Positions 38,361 to 49,137 of a stretch of 64,000 nt of DNA are shown here, one piece after another. Origin of the DNA: an uncultured virus (IMG/VR IMGVR_UViG_3300032053_018320) (taxonomy: Duplodnaviria; Heunggongvirae; Uroviricota; Caudoviricetes); IMG/VR virus record IMGVR_UViG_3300032053_018320; one strand, written 5' to 3'. Each line of letters begins with the position of its first letter. Within the stretch, counting starts at the first letter, position 1. A program made the translations under genes and the position numbers. Below the pieces are notes generated by a model. The model saw only the letters and a program-made list of their open reading frames with translations, did not search any database and was not told where the DNA came from.

Positions 38361-40249
38361 TCTCCCACCATTTCAATGAATTTTTTCCACGAGATCATCT
38401 TGACACCCCATTCAGTAGCCTTGGCGATCTTGGCTGGTCCCGGTTTTTCACCAACTATCAAATAATCGAGGGACTTACCCGGTGACGACCAATTTCCACC
38501 GTGTTGCGTGACGAACTCTTCTACTTGGGACTTATCCATGTTCGCTACTGACCCGGTAACATAGATTTTCTTACCCGAGATTGGTGACCCCGTGGAACAC
38601 GCCGTTACCGCCTGTCTTCGCCGGATAAAGTGCATACGAACATATACGTTGCTTGGATCGCCGTTAGACTGAAACCACTCCACCATATTCCGAGCAGCGA
38701 CACTGTCAGGTCCCAACGCCCTTCGTATCACTTCTGGTGTTATCTGGCTAGGATCATCCACTTCACCCGCAACTGCCTTCGCGGCTTTAGGACCAATCGA
38801 AGGGATGTTGAGAGCCACCAAGAAGACATCGAATGGTATATCTTTGGCTGCTTGGATATTATCATAAATTTTCCCACCATTGATGCCGAATGTTCTCGTG
38901 AGATACAATTTGTCGAGTTCATACAGATCAGCAGCCGATTTTATTTTACCGTCGTCCCACAAGGCTTGAAGTGTCTTTGTACCCAATCCTTCCATACCAA
39001 CGGTTTGAACGAAATGGATGATACCTTGTAGTTGTGCCTCACCACAATTTTTATTTCGACACCACAACGTTACGCCGTCAAACTCTACTGGACCTCCGCA
39101 GACTGGACATACCTTGGGCAAGACAACGCTGTTTTTACCGTGACTGGCGACGCCCACGATCTTCGGGATGACATCACCCGACCGGACGATGAACACGGTA
39201 TCACCCACCGCGATTTTGTTGTCTAAAACGAATCGTGCATTGTGCATTGTCGCCCGTGAAATCGTCGCTCCAGACAGATCGATGGGGTTAACTTCAGCAA
39301 CTGGTGTAATTTTTCCAGATCGACCGATTTGCCACACGATATTCTTGATCATGGTCGAATCTTCTTTTGGCGGAAACTTCACGGCAATTATCCAACGAGG
39401 ATGATGTGATGTCTCACCCATTCTCGCTTGAACGTCCGGATCGTTCATCTTGAACACGAGTCCATCCATATCGAAGTCAAATGTATCACGACGGGATGTT
39501 ATATCGCTATACAATTCGATCATTTCCGATGGTTCGACGAGACCTTGATCTGCCGTGATAAATCCCATACGTTTCAAGTTCTCGATTTTCTTGACGTAGG
39601 TCATTGGTTTATCCTTGACAATTAAATCCCATGCCATCAATCGTAAGTTTCGTTGCTTGGTTAACGTTGCTTCTTTTAGATTCAAGGTGCCAGTTGCCAG
39701 ATTACGAGGTGATTTGAATTCTCCAAGAGTAACGAATGTGGATAGCGGAATGTATGCCTCTCCACGAACCTTGAACGGCGTCTTGATGTTAACCGTTCGT
39801 GGAACATCGCCCATGACCATTGCGTGCCTCGTGACATTTTCACCGATGAATCCGTCGCCACGAGTTGATGCACCGATTAGTCTGCCGTCAGCATAATCAA
39901 GGTTGACACTCGTTCCGTCAGCTTTATAACCCCACACGATCTCTTCATGATCTGCCCACGCAACCGCTTCATCGATATTCTTCACCTTATTTATCGACAA
40001 CATCGGTGGATCGTGAGTCACTCCGCCCTCGGTCTCGGCACCGACCATCGAAAGAACTTCGCTTTTTGGGCTAAGTTTTCTCAATTCTTCTTCGATTCTA
40101 TCATACTCTGCGTCTGACACTAACGGCGAACCAGCGTAATAAGCATCTTTATATTTCACGATGAGTGATTCTAACTCATCGATTCGCTTCTGCTTGGACG
40201 CATCGTTCTTGTCAAATTGCTCCAATTTTTTCTGCGACATATCATTCAT
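38357..40249 (-). CDS. ligA: NAD+-dependent DNA ligase
   Basis: YY..SDAEYD, KADG adenylation motif, TRGDG, VRGE, DGLVFK, RSGDVIP, C4 Zn finger, HhH and C-terminal BRCT. Confidence 0.95.
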   Translation of the reverse strand: MNDMSQKKLEQFDKNDASKQKRIDELESLIVKYKDAYYAGSPLVSDAEYDRIEEELRKLSPKSEVLSMVGAETEGGVTHDPPMLSINKVKNIDEAVAWADHEEIVWGYKADGTSVNLDYADGRLIGASTRGDGFIGENVTRHAMVMGDVPRTVNIKTPFKVRGEAYIPLSTFVTLGEFKSPRNLATGTLNLKEATLTKQRNLRLMAWDLIVKDKPMTYVKKIENLKRMGFITADQGLVEPSEMIELYSDITSRRDTFDFDMDGLVFKMNDPDVQARMGETSHHPRWIIAVKFPPKEDSTMIKNIVWQIGRSGKITPVAEVNPIDLSGATISRATMHNARFVLDNKIAVGDTVFIVRSGDVIPKIVGVASHGKNSVVLPKVCPVCGGPVEFDGVTLWCRNKNCGEAQLQGIIHFVQTVGMEGLGTKTLQALWDDGKIKSAADLYELDKLYLTRTFGINGGKIYDNIQAAKDIPFDVFLVALNIPSIGPKAAKAVAGEVDDPSQITPEVIRRALGPDSVAARNMVEWFQSNGDPSNVYVRMHFIRRRQAVTACSTGSPISGKKIYVTGSVANMDKSQVEEFVTQHGGNWSSPGKSLDYLIVGEKPGPAKIAKATEWGVKMISWKKFIEMVGE

Positions 40250-40293
40250 CTGTTAGTTGTGATCATATTTGCCGACAATCCTAAAAAACCTTT

Positions 40294-41028
40294 TTATCGA
40301 CCGTGATTTATGTATGTAAGCACTGTTTTTCGGTTATTATCAAACGCCAATTTCAATCGACGCAATAATTCGGATGGAACACGAATTCTCACTGGTTTTA
40401 TTGAGTATAGTTCCTTGACGGAAAAATCAACATATAATTCACCGTCATCACTCATCCAGATAGCCTCACTACAAGCAACGTTAACAAATGTAAACACTGA
40501 ATATCGACCAACGTCCAACGATAGCGAAATCCATTCAGCAAGCACGAACATCAATATCTCGTTGAAATTGTGAAATGTGTAACCCATCGAGATCAGATCA
40601 TTCATGCACGATTTGATGTCGTGACACATCTCGTGAACGTTGTATTGGTTAGCCTTGATGAAAGCATCCATCATCAAACGTTCAAATCGAATGAGCGTTG
40701 CTGTATCGAGTAATTCTGGATATCTATTCGTACCAGTGACAAACACTATTCCAAGATCGTTAATACGAATGACTCCGTTGCATCGTTCATCGTTAATATA
40801 TTCAAAATCTGTATCGTTGAAGGAATACATAGCAATGGTTTCCATCGATGAGTTCGTTCTCGCTGCGAGCAGAAAATATTTGAGTTGATCATGCACGAAT
40901 CCGTCATACACGAGCATAAACATCGTATCGTTTATTTTAGGAATTAATTCGTGTCGAAGATGTTCTTGTTCGACCAGTTCAGTTGCATCGATTTCATTCA
41001 ACTGCCAATGATTCGCTGAATAAAGCAT
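40294..41028 (-). CDS. Hypothetical protein sharing a domain with 41028..41795
   Basis: HDIKSCMNDL vs HDIHSLMNDL; SDDGELY vs DDDGTIY. Confidence 0.7.
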   Translation of the reverse strand: MLYSANHWQLNEIDATELVEQEHLRHELIPKINDTMFMLVYDGFVHDQLKYFLLAARTNSSMETIAMYSFNDTDFEYINDERCNGVIRINDLGIVFVTGTNRYPELLDTATLIRFERLMMDAFIKANQYNVHEMCHDIKSCMNDLISMGYTFHNFNEILMFVLAEWISLSLDVGRYSVFTFVNVACSEAIWMSDDGELYVDFSVKELYSIKPVRIRVPSELLRRLKLAFDNNRKTVLTYINHGR

Positions 41029-41795
41029 TACGTAACACCTAATTCGTTTCGTTTCTTTTGTATTTTTTCCTGTAAATGTGAATGGATAGCCACGAGAATG
41101 AATGTGCCGAGTTTATACGGATGATAGGTGATAGAGCCGTCGTCAGTTAGTTTAATGTATATCGTTCCATCATCATCGATTCGTGGGTGATTTAGTGGAA
41201 AATCGTCATCGTGAGCCAAATCTATCTCGTTTGAATCGATATCATGACATATTTTTAACCACGACGACGAAAAATCCTTGATGATCCACGAAATATCGTC
41301 GTATCCGACTAAATACACAGTTAGTAGGTCGTTCATCAATGAATGAATATCATGAACGATGTTCTGAACATCATGATAACATAACTGTCGTATTTCCATC
41401 GACAATCGTTTCTTGATCTCACGAATCGTCGGGATATCCAATTGGATGTTAACAAGTAAAATTTTTCGACGTTCCGGCGGTGGATATATGCGGGCACCGA
41501 TCATCTTTGCCGTGAATTCCATTGCTTCTGGTGTGAATATCGTCATATCTGCCTTGATCTCGACCGTGCAATATGGTAGTTTAATGGTATCGTTGATATA
41601 CACAATCGCATTGAACTCATTGACCAATGATTGGTGTTCTTTCAAGACATAGGTAATCACGAAATCATGAAGGGCAGACTTCAATAAAGTATTGATGTAA
41701 TCAACTGGGCATCCTTCTCGTTCAAGCGTTATGACGAGATCGTTAACTTCTTCAACGAGTGTTCGTATCTCGCTGGATACACCGGTTGTTTCCAT
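41028..41795 (-). CDS. Hypothetical protein sharing a domain with 40294..41028
   Basis: 255-aa ORF, translationally coupled. Confidence 0.7.
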   Translation of the reverse strand: METTGVSSEIRTLVEEVNDLVITLEREGCPVDYINTLLKSALHDFVITYVLKEHQSLVNEFNAIVYINDTIKLPYCTVEIKADMTIFTPEAMEFTAKMIGARIYPPPERRKILLVNIQLDIPTIREIKKRLSMEIRQLCYHDVQNIVHDIHSLMNDLLTVYLVGYDDISWIIKDFSSSWLKICHDIDSNEIDLAHDDDFPLNHPRIDDDGTIYIKLTDDGSITYHPYKLGTFILVAIHSHLQEKIQKKRNELGVT

Positions 41796-41939
41796 AATAC
41801 ATCATTCAAAATCTCAGTAATCGATGAACATCATAATAATGAAAACATATACTCACGGCATCATTAAATTCCTTTAAACATAACCTGTCGCTTGAGTGAT
41901 CTGATATACTCGATGAGTGGATGATTTAGTTTCATTTAC

Positions 41940-42149
41940 TTATCCGCCCCACGGTGTCGCTCGTATACATTTTATCTTCTCGATCAAGTCGATGAATCCT
42001 TCGTGTAATTCATTGAGTTTTTCTTGTGTTTTCATATCGTTTGTCATACCGTTTTGAATGGCAAAAAGAATGGATTGATCCGCCAGTTCGGCTTCTGCTT
42101 CAGAAATGACTGATATTCCTTCGTAGTTGTCAGATCGCCGTGAGTTCAT
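41940..42149 (-). CDS. Hypothetical protein
   Basis: GGTGA SD upstream. Confidence 0.55.
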   Translation of the reverse strand: MNSRRSDNYEGISVISEAEAELADQSILFAIQNGMTNDMKTQEKLNELHEGFIDLIEKIKCIRATPWGG

Positions 42150-42173
42150 CGTATTTCACCAACGACATTTCAT

Positions 42174-42419
42174 TCAATCCAAGCCAAGGCATAATCCAAT
42201 GATGTAAATCATGAGCACGACGATATCAAATGCGCCAATTGCTATAAGCATGATGATTTGACCATCAAGTGATCGATCGCTTGCCATCAACCCAGCAACT
42301 TTAACCATCTCGAAGGCTTCGCCTGGTCTGCCTTCATCGATGAGTTTATTCGCCAATTGGTGCATACCGTCGATTGGATCATCCTTCTTTTTTCGTTGTA
42401 ATCCGTGCATATTTAACAT
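42174..42419 (-). CDS. Small protein with C-terminal TM
   Basis: Hydrophobic C-terminus. Confidence 0.55.
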   Translation of the reverse strand: MLNMHGLQRKKKDDPIDGMHQLANKLIDEGRPGEAFEMVKVAGLMASDRSLDGQIIMLIAIGAFDIVVLMIYIIGLCLGLD

Positions 42420-42533
42420 CTTCTTTCAATCATTGTGTTATGGTTGATGAACGATTGACATCACCAAGGATATAAATATATCTATTGCCGACTGAGCGGA
42501 ATCGTGAACTTCACGAAACAAATGAACGCCCAT

Positions 42534-42821
42534 TTAGTTGCCTGTCCGATCATCATCAGTTTTACAATCGCTATAACGGTATGGATTATTACGAAAGAAC
42601 AGTTTTTGATCGAACACCATTTGCGCTATCTCGTCTGTGCTCAATTCTTTAATTTCAGATTTTAGTGCAATTCTCAACGATGTTTTTCCGACATCATCGA
42701 TGATCTTGAACCGACGAAGATCAAATAACAATCTATACGTCGCTGACATTGGTATAGTGAATGTTGTTGCCAAACTTTTGGCATCGATTGATTTATGTTC
42801 CTTCAAGAATGAAATGATCAT
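42534..42821 (-). CDS. Winged-HTH DNA-binding protein
   Basis: IISFLKEHKSIDAKSLATTFTIPMSATYRLLFDL pattern; coupled to PCNA. Confidence 0.7.
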   Translation of the reverse strand: MIISFLKEHKSIDAKSLATTFTIPMSATYRLLFDLRRFKIIDDVGKTSLRIALKSEIKELSTDEIAQMVFDQKLFFRNNPYRYSDCKTDDDRTGN

Positions 42822-43777
42822 TCTGAGTCGTTCAACATATAACTTCGTGATTCATCATCATCGTTAGTCGATTCATCATCTTCATTACATTCACTCACGA
42901 CAACCGTTGTTGGTTCGTCAGATTGATCATCGTCGAGTGCATCATCTACTTCGTTGTTACTCGCTCGTGGAGCAATATAATATGTTATCGAGAAATCATT
43001 CGTTTTTTTATCGTTAAATGATGAAGGGACGTATTTATTACCGATGACCATCACATATTTGATTGGTATGTAGTTACCCATGAAAAAACTGAAAAACTTC
43101 GATCGTTTCACGAATTCAACGATATTTCTTGTTTCGCTCATATCGTAACTACCCCATATTAGTGCATCAGTTGTATTAGGTTTAGTCTTGATAGTAACAA
43201 TATTACCATTGTATATTTTTGTCGATGGTGTAAACGTGATAAATGTTCTATCGTCAGACATAACGAGATCGAAAATTATCGTATCGTCATACGAATCCAT
43301 TTCGACAGCAAATACGTTTGCATCCATCTTGATGGCTGCTGTGTAGAGATGTTCAAAATTGGTCTTGAATTCTTCTATCTGTTGTATCTGGTATCGTGGA
43401 ATATCTTCATTGAGATTGATCGTGACAACTTTTTTGGCTGTATGGATGATGAGTTTAAATGTCGAATTGTTGTTATCAGTGATCGTCCATGAATTGCCGG
43501 GCGAGTCATACCCATCCTTGACAGTCGTGCCAAGCACCTTATTATTAGTCGTTATAACTATTGGTTTATCAATATTGAATGTAGAAAAATATTCACGAGC
43601 AAATGACGCACGAACACACGACACGTGAAGAGTCGATAGTGTTATGAATTCGATATGTTTTTCATCGATAAGAATGTATCCGAATTCCGTCATCGCCTTG
43701 AGAGCCTTGAATAACAAAGGAATGGAATTTAATGATGTGGACTCGATCAACATCGTTTTAACATCGCCGACAAGCAC
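42818..43777 (-). CDS. pcn: Divergent PCNA sliding clamp with acidic tail
   Basis: LFKALKAM..GYILI....I.F..L...HVS at the N-terminus; YYIAPR at the C-terminus. Confidence 0.75.
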   Translation of the reverse strand: MLVGDVKTMLIESTSLNSIPLLFKALKAMTEFGYILIDEKHIEFITLSTLHVSCVRASFAREYFSTFNIDKPIVITTNNKVLGTTVKDGYDSPGNSWTITDNNNSTFKLIIHTAKKVVTINLNEDIPRYQIQQIEEFKTNFEHLYTAAIKMDANVFAVEMDSYDDTIIFDLVMSDDRTFITFTPSTKIYNGNIVTIKTKPNTTDALIWGSYDMSETRNIVEFVKRSKFFSFFMGNYIPIKYVMVIGNKYVPSSFNDKKTNDFSITYYIAPRASNNEVDDALDDDQSDEPTTVVVSECNEDDESTNDDDESRSYMLNDSE

Positions 43778-43861
43778 TAACCGATGAATGAAAACAAGAA
43801 ATTGAAAAATTAAAAGATTTTGTTTTTCTTGTTGATAAAAAATAAAGAAAAATAGGCGTTA

Positions 43862-44977
43862 TCACGCGTTGGGAATGAAGAAGTTTTCCTCGATCACGGT
43901 GAAGGTGTTGATGTTAACTGTCGCACCACCAACCTGCTTGAACGTGCCTGTGACGTGAAATCCCCATGACTTTAGGAAAAACAACGAGTACACGCCAAAA
44001 TCAAGGATGTAGGAGAACTGCTGCGCTCCAGTGTATGCCATAATAATGTCGACCTTGTACTTGTTGTTCTGGCTCGTTGCAGTGAGATGAAAATCGGATA
44101 TGAATGCCACGCCGTTCTCATCGACAGCCCACGTGTACGCGACCTTTGGAACCTTGAAATATATCCACGCGTTATTGTAATACACATTCCAGAATCCGTT
44201 ACTGGCTTGATCGGGATTCGTTGCACTCATGATACCACCACCATTCATCATCAAGTTGCCTTGATAGAACTTTGCCCACGGAGCGTAGGCGAGCGTCATT
44301 GGAGACCCCCAGTTGTGATCGGAATAACCGAGGGCGTTGCAAATCGTGAACGTCTCTCCAGCAAGCGAGATCGTGCCAAATACGCGGGCCTTCGGCATGT
44401 ACGAACACCAGCCCATGAAATCCGTCGGATAATAACCGGTTGGAACGGCGTCAGAGTAAAGGCCGGGCACGTTATCTCGAATGAACCATAGATTCCACGA
44501 TCCACCGATCACCGTGTCCACTCCTTGTACATGCACGATGTTCGTGTCGATCCCTTTGATGATGTTGCCACCAATGTTCACGTCGAGTTTGCTGGTCGAA
44601 GCAGACCATTCGTCGTAGTTCGCAAGATAGGGATCGGCAACCATCATATCACCTATGAATCCCTCCATGCCGACGTTGGCTGCTGCGGGAATAACATCCT
44701 CACCAGTCACGCCTTCTGGATTATCGATCTCGTAGAAAAAGGTCATGTTCATCGTCGAGCCGTCGTTAACCTCGAAATACCACCACTCCGTGTATAACCC
44801 GGAGTCTTGGGTAGACGAGACAGACGGCCATTTATACGCGTTGTCAGCTTGTGATGTAACTGTTCGCATTGCTGGCGGTGATTGCGGTGCTGCGCTCGCT
44901 TGAGAAAGCGAGGAAAACAAGCACATTGCCGCGAGCATGATACCAGCGACAAGCATCAGTTTTTTTGTCGTTTTCAT
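43862..44977 (-). CDS. Secreted CrtC/AttH/tocopherol-cyclase-like (lipocalin-like) protein
   Basis: Signal peptide; YTEWWYF and GYSDHNWG motifs. Confidence 0.7.
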   Translation of the reverse strand: MKTTKKLMLVAGIMLAAMCLFSSLSQASAAPQSPPAMRTVTSQADNAYKWPSVSSTQDSGLYTEWWYFEVNDGSTMNMTFFYEIDNPEGVTGEDVIPAAANVGMEGFIGDMMVADPYLANYDEWSASTSKLDVNIGGNIIKGIDTNIVHVQGVDTVIGGSWNLWFIRDNVPGLYSDAVPTGYYPTDFMGWCSYMPKARVFGTISLAGETFTICNALGYSDHNWGSPMTLAYAPWAKFYQGNLMMNGGGIMSATNPDQASNGFWNVYYNNAWIYFKVPKVAYTWAVDENGVAFISDFHLTATSQNNKYKVDIIMAYTGAQQFSYILDFGVYSLFFLKSWGFHVTGTFKQVGGATVNINTFTVIEENFFIPNA

Positions 44978-45125
44978 ATTTTACCACGTATTACTTTAGC
45001 GGTCATGATGATCAGCACCGTATCATGATGTCGATGCTGTAATTGATGATCATCTGATCTATTCTGTTTATGCCAGATTATTTATTCATTTCCAAAAAGA
45101 ATATTGTTAAAAAAAAGAAAAAAGA

Positions 45126-48100
45126 TCATACGGCTGGACGAGTTACCTTGGTTGTCTTCGTTTTTGATGCTGAAGTAGTCGTGGATGGTGCTTTATTGAA
45201 TAGTTTATCCCGACGATTCCAGATCAAGATAACCGCGATGACAACGATGATACCGACAACGATAGGGATCGCGAGAGTTGTATAATCAAATGGCTGTGTG
45301 ACTGGAACAGATTCCAGGGCATATTCCAAATTGCTCAAGGTAGAATTCGTCACGGTTAATACAACGATATTAGACGGGTCACTTTCCAAATCATCACCCA
45401 CCGTGCTAACTGTTACTTTAATATTCCAATTGCCATTTGGTAGGTATCCATTGAAATCATGCGATGTTATATTCGCATCAAGACTTATCTGGCCACGAGT
45501 GGATGAATTATAGATATAAATCGTGTACTTAACAGCATTCGGAATGATATTCCACGACACTGCCAAGTCTCCAACTTTTGTCAATGTCAGCGATGATGCC
45601 TTTGTCACGACGAATGATGCGACGACAGAATCTGATGTTGATAGATCACTCGATCCGAACGCATTCGATGCCATGATAGCATAGTATACCGTGGTTTGAT
45701 ATAACGGAGGTAATATATCTGTATATGACAAATCACTCGTCGTTGTTATAAGTTCACCTCGGTAAACATTGGTAAAATCAGTGCCTTGACTACGATAGAG
45801 ACTATACGATGTAGCGTTCGTTACACTACTCCACGATATATATACATACGATTTCAACTCTTCATTAACTATGCCAACGGTCGGTGCTGACGGCGTAGGT
45901 GGCGGCGTTATTATAGCATTCGCCGTGATATTTATTCCCAAGAACGATGCCGGCAATGAACTATTACCTTTCGCATTTTCCGCCGTGACACCAAAACAGA
46001 AGATTCCAGTTCCCAATAAGTTATAGAATGTATAGGTCATTGGCATAGATGCTGACACGGTTGAAACCATACTACCATGGAAGTTATCGGTCGTATTCGC
46101 TCCACCGCTTGGTGGTTTATACGTCAGTGAATAACTGGTCGGACTCCCGATCTGATCGAATATCCAGATGTGATACCGATAATATGATGGATCACCATTT
46201 GCAGTTACCCACGAAGGAGCACTCCACTTGACCGAGACAGTTCCATTCGTCGAATTGATTGGCGAAATAGTTGTCGATGGTGCATTTGGAATGGTGGTTG
46301 GATGTGATGCTGCATAGTTTGCCGTATTCGGTATTGATACCGATCTGACGTTTGACAATGGACTTGAACCTATGTAATTGATGGCTGCTACTGCATAATA
46401 GGCAGTCGTTGCATACATCGGGGGTAACATATCTTGAGAACTCGTGAATGGATTACCAAACGAATACGCTTGAACACTTCCGATTCGTTCAGCGACAGAT
46501 GCACTCGTGAAGGTCGAATTATATCGTCGGTAGATATTATATCTCGATACATTGGTCGCGGCTGTCCATATTAATGTAACCCTGTAATGCGTTGTAAGAT
46601 TTGATAACCCGGGAACTGACAACGTCGTTGTCGTCGGAACGGCTTTCAACCCAGCATTGGCGAGATAGACTTGCGGCGCCGGGTATGGATACGGACTTGA
46701 ACCTATTCCATTAACAGCGACGACATAAAATAGGTAATTACCGATATATTTCGAACCATACGGCGCTACAAAGGTAAACTTCGTCATCGATGCTGACACA
46801 GTTCCAGCGAGGTAATATGACCAAGTAGATGCGTTGTAATAATTGCCCGGGGCATAATAATATGGATACATCGTTCCATATCCAGCCGTATTATATACCC
46901 AAATCTGATACGTCGATGGGAATCCGCCCGATGCAGTCCACGACAAGAATGCGGTGCCGTTGAACGTATCGTATCTCGTCACGACAACAGATGTTGGTGC
47001 AGATGGAGCAATCGTTACTATTGATGGTATCCCATTTGGTTTAGAACTGAATAGATATGTAACGATTGAATAGTTTGAAAATAATCCAAACTTCACTGCA
47101 CGAATATATACTGATAATGTCGTTGTTCCTACAGCCAATACATTCAAATTATACGTCTGCGTTGAAAATATGATTGGTGCTACACCAGACGTCGGTTTTG
47201 GCTCACTCTTGATGACGGATTGATTTGAACTCAAAAAATACATCTCATAATTAGCTGTCAAATCATGATTCGTTATTGTTATACCCCAATTTGTTGTTGA
47301 TGTAGAGTCTGATGGAGCGGTATTAACCAACGAAATCTGAGGATTTGATGGCGGTATCATCGTTGATGCCAACGGATTCTTGATCGAAAATCCATTCAAT
47401 GTGAACCAACGACCATACGCCCACATCCACAGAAGAATACCAGTGTCTATATCGTAGGCAACTGCCACGCTAAATGTTGTTGATGGTATGGAATATATGT
47501 ATGCGCTCTTGTTATAAACATACCAGAATATGCTTGCTGTGCTCTTGTCGAGACCAGTAAAATACGAGTCTCTTATGCTTGAACCAGACGATATATATGC
47601 ATTAGCATTGACAAACATTGGTCTCGTCATATTGAATTGATTGGTACAGACATAATTCGCTGGTGTAACCGAAAGACGATTCTTGTATCCGTTGATCAAG
47701 TATTGATAAAATGGGTTCCACGCATAGAGAGTTGACACTACTGACGACGAAACAAGGACATTAGTCGTTTTAGCATACACCGAGATGTTCCAGATATACC
47801 ATTTCGCGCTCGCTCCTAAAACTGACGCAGCCATTGGGTCACCATTTATCGGGTCTCCAGCGGTTGTTATGCCGGTGATGTTAGTTATCACGTAATGCGT
47901 TGCACCTTGGCCGCTAAAGGTAAAACCCGGAGCCACGTAATCATCATATCGAAACCACGTCCCGACTCCAAAACTGTTTTGCGTGGCTGCCGTTCCTATT
48001 GACAGTCCACTCGTGTTCGCTGCTCGAAGCGCACCGTAGAATCCGAAACCACCAGCGAATGCTATCAAGAAAACGATGACTAGCAGTTCCATGTTGGTTG

Positions 48101-48191
48101 CGGCTTTCGCTATCGGTTTGCCTTTTGTTTGTCCGCCCGGTTTACTGACGTTTCTCACGGGCGCTCGTGTTTTTACTTGTTTTTTTGCCAT
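45126..48191 (-). CDS. Surface glycoprotein (WF[RK]YD family) with about five FN3 repeats
   Basis: GTWFRYD, YDIDTGILL, repeated xW...Y.IY...Y.V.A.N..GSS, N- and C-terminal TM. Confidence 0.85.
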   Translation of the reverse strand: MAKKQVKTRAPVRNVSKPGGQTKGKPIAKAATNMELLVIVFLIAFAGGFGFYGALRAANTSGLSIGTAATQNSFGVGTWFRYDDYVAPGFTFSGQGATHYVITNITGITTAGDPINGDPMAASVLGASAKWYIWNISVYAKTTNVLVSSSVVSTLYAWNPFYQYLINGYKNRLSVTPANYVCTNQFNMTRPMFVNANAYISSGSSIRDSYFTGLDKSTASIFWYVYNKSAYIYSIPSTTFSVAVAYDIDTGILLWMWAYGRWFTLNGFSIKNPLASTMIPPSNPQISLVNTAPSDSTSTTNWGITITNHDLTANYEMYFLSSNQSVIKSEPKPTSGVAPIIFSTQTYNLNVLAVGTTTLSVYIRAVKFGLFSNYSIVTYLFSSKPNGIPSIVTIAPSAPTSVVVTRYDTFNGTAFLSWTASGGFPSTYQIWVYNTAGYGTMYPYYYAPGNYYNASTWSYYLAGTVSASMTKFTFVAPYGSKYIGNYLFYVVAVNGIGSSPYPYPAPQVYLANAGLKAVPTTTTLSVPGLSNLTTHYRVTLIWTAATNVSRYNIYRRYNSTFTSASVAERIGSVQAYSFGNPFTSSQDMLPPMYATTAYYAVAAINYIGSSPLSNVRSVSIPNTANYAASHPTTIPNAPSTTISPINSTNGTVSVKWSAPSWVTANGDPSYYRYHIWIFDQIGSPTSYSLTYKPPSGGANTTDNFHGSMVSTVSASMPMTYTFYNLLGTGIFCFGVTAENAKGNSSLPASFLGINITANAIITPPPTPSAPTVGIVNEELKSYVYISWSSVTNATSYSLYRSQGTDFTNVYRGELITTTSDLSYTDILPPLYQTTVYYAIMASNAFGSSDLSTSDSVVASFVVTKASSLTLTKVGDLAVSWNIIPNAVKYTIYIYNSSTRGQISLDANITSHDFNGYLPNGNWNIKVTVSTVGDDLESDPSNIVVLTVTNSTLSNLEYALESVPVTQPFDYTTLAIPIVVGIIVVIAVILIWNRRDKLFNKAPSTTTSASKTKTTKVTRPAV

Positions 48192-48280
48192 GATGGATTA
48201 CACATCAAGGATATATGGATCGATGGAATTTAAATATGTTTTGAAAAAGAAAAAAAGTCAAAATTTTTGGAGATCATTTA

Positions 48281-48736
48281 TCACAGTGGGTGACTTGATC
48301 GATAATACCATCGATCATCCAACGTCAATCCTTCGTATGAAATGAGCACTGATCTGGTCGAGTTCACGTCAGATTTGAACGAACTGATGACTCGTTTTGT
48401 ATCAGTGATCAATTCCTTCACGGTATTATGAGTATACGTTGATAATACCTCGCCAGAATGATGTCTCGCTAACGAAACGGAAAATGGTTTCGTTCCATAG
48501 GCAAGTTTGACATCAAATGCTGTTTCACGGGCATCTGGATCGTTCAAATCGATGATATAGAACGTCGATTCAGTTTTACCAATAGATGCTTCGGTATCCA
48601 TGAATGTTTCTTTTGACCAATTCTTTCGCAACTCGCCTTGTTCGAGTTCTTCAAAGAAGAGTTCCAGATCGTTTCGTATTCGTTCCAGTTCGTTTTCTTG
48701 GGTATACGTTGGTTGTTCACAGGACATCTTTATCAC
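48281..48736 (-). CDS. Hypothetical protein
   Basis: 151-aa ORF. Confidence 0.65.
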   Translation of the reverse strand: MIKMSCEQPTYTQENELERIRNDLELFFEELEQGELRKNWSKETFMDTEASIGKTESTFYIIDLNDPDARETAFDVKLAYGTKPFSVSLARHHSGEVLSTYTHNTVKELITDTKRVISSFKSDVNSTRSVLISYEGLTLDDRWYYRSSHPL

Positions 48737-48753
48737 TTTTTTAATCTATTTTC

Positions 48754-49122
48754 TTACATCGAGCGATATTTCAGTAAATTTGGCTTTTTACCGTTTTCCC
48801 AATACGCCTTCGCTTCTGGTCCAGTCGCTGGCATACCATACAATGAGCAATTGAAATTCATTGCTGATGTCGGTAGTTCGACCAGATTTTGTTGTATTTC
48901 GTCAAGATCATCAACGACGATGATGGACGGTTGTATCTGGGTATAATGAATGCAGGCAGACATCATACCGGTGTATCCCGTTCCGATACTGTTTACATAT
49001 CCTCGCTCCCAGTAATCGAGCGCCTTTTCCACAGTGTCAAACCCTTGCATCGATTGACCGTTCTTGTTTAACAAAATATAATATATGTCGTTGTTCTTGA
49101 ACATCGATAGGATGATCGACAT
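48754..49122 (-). CDS. Hypothetical protein
   Basis: 122-aa ORF. Confidence 0.65.
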   Translation of the reverse strand: MSIILSMFKNNDIYYILLNKNGQSMQGFDTVEKALDYWERGYVNSIGTGYTGMMSACIHYTQIQPSIIVVDDLDEIQQNLVELPTSAMNFNCSLYGMPATGPEAKAYWENGKKPNLLKYRSM

Positions 49123-49137
49123 TTTAATCGCTCTTTT

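Noticed and set aside
48281..48736. Third paralogue of 34699/35173
   Set aside because: Only short similarities (FFEELE, LTLD); cannot be supported by eye
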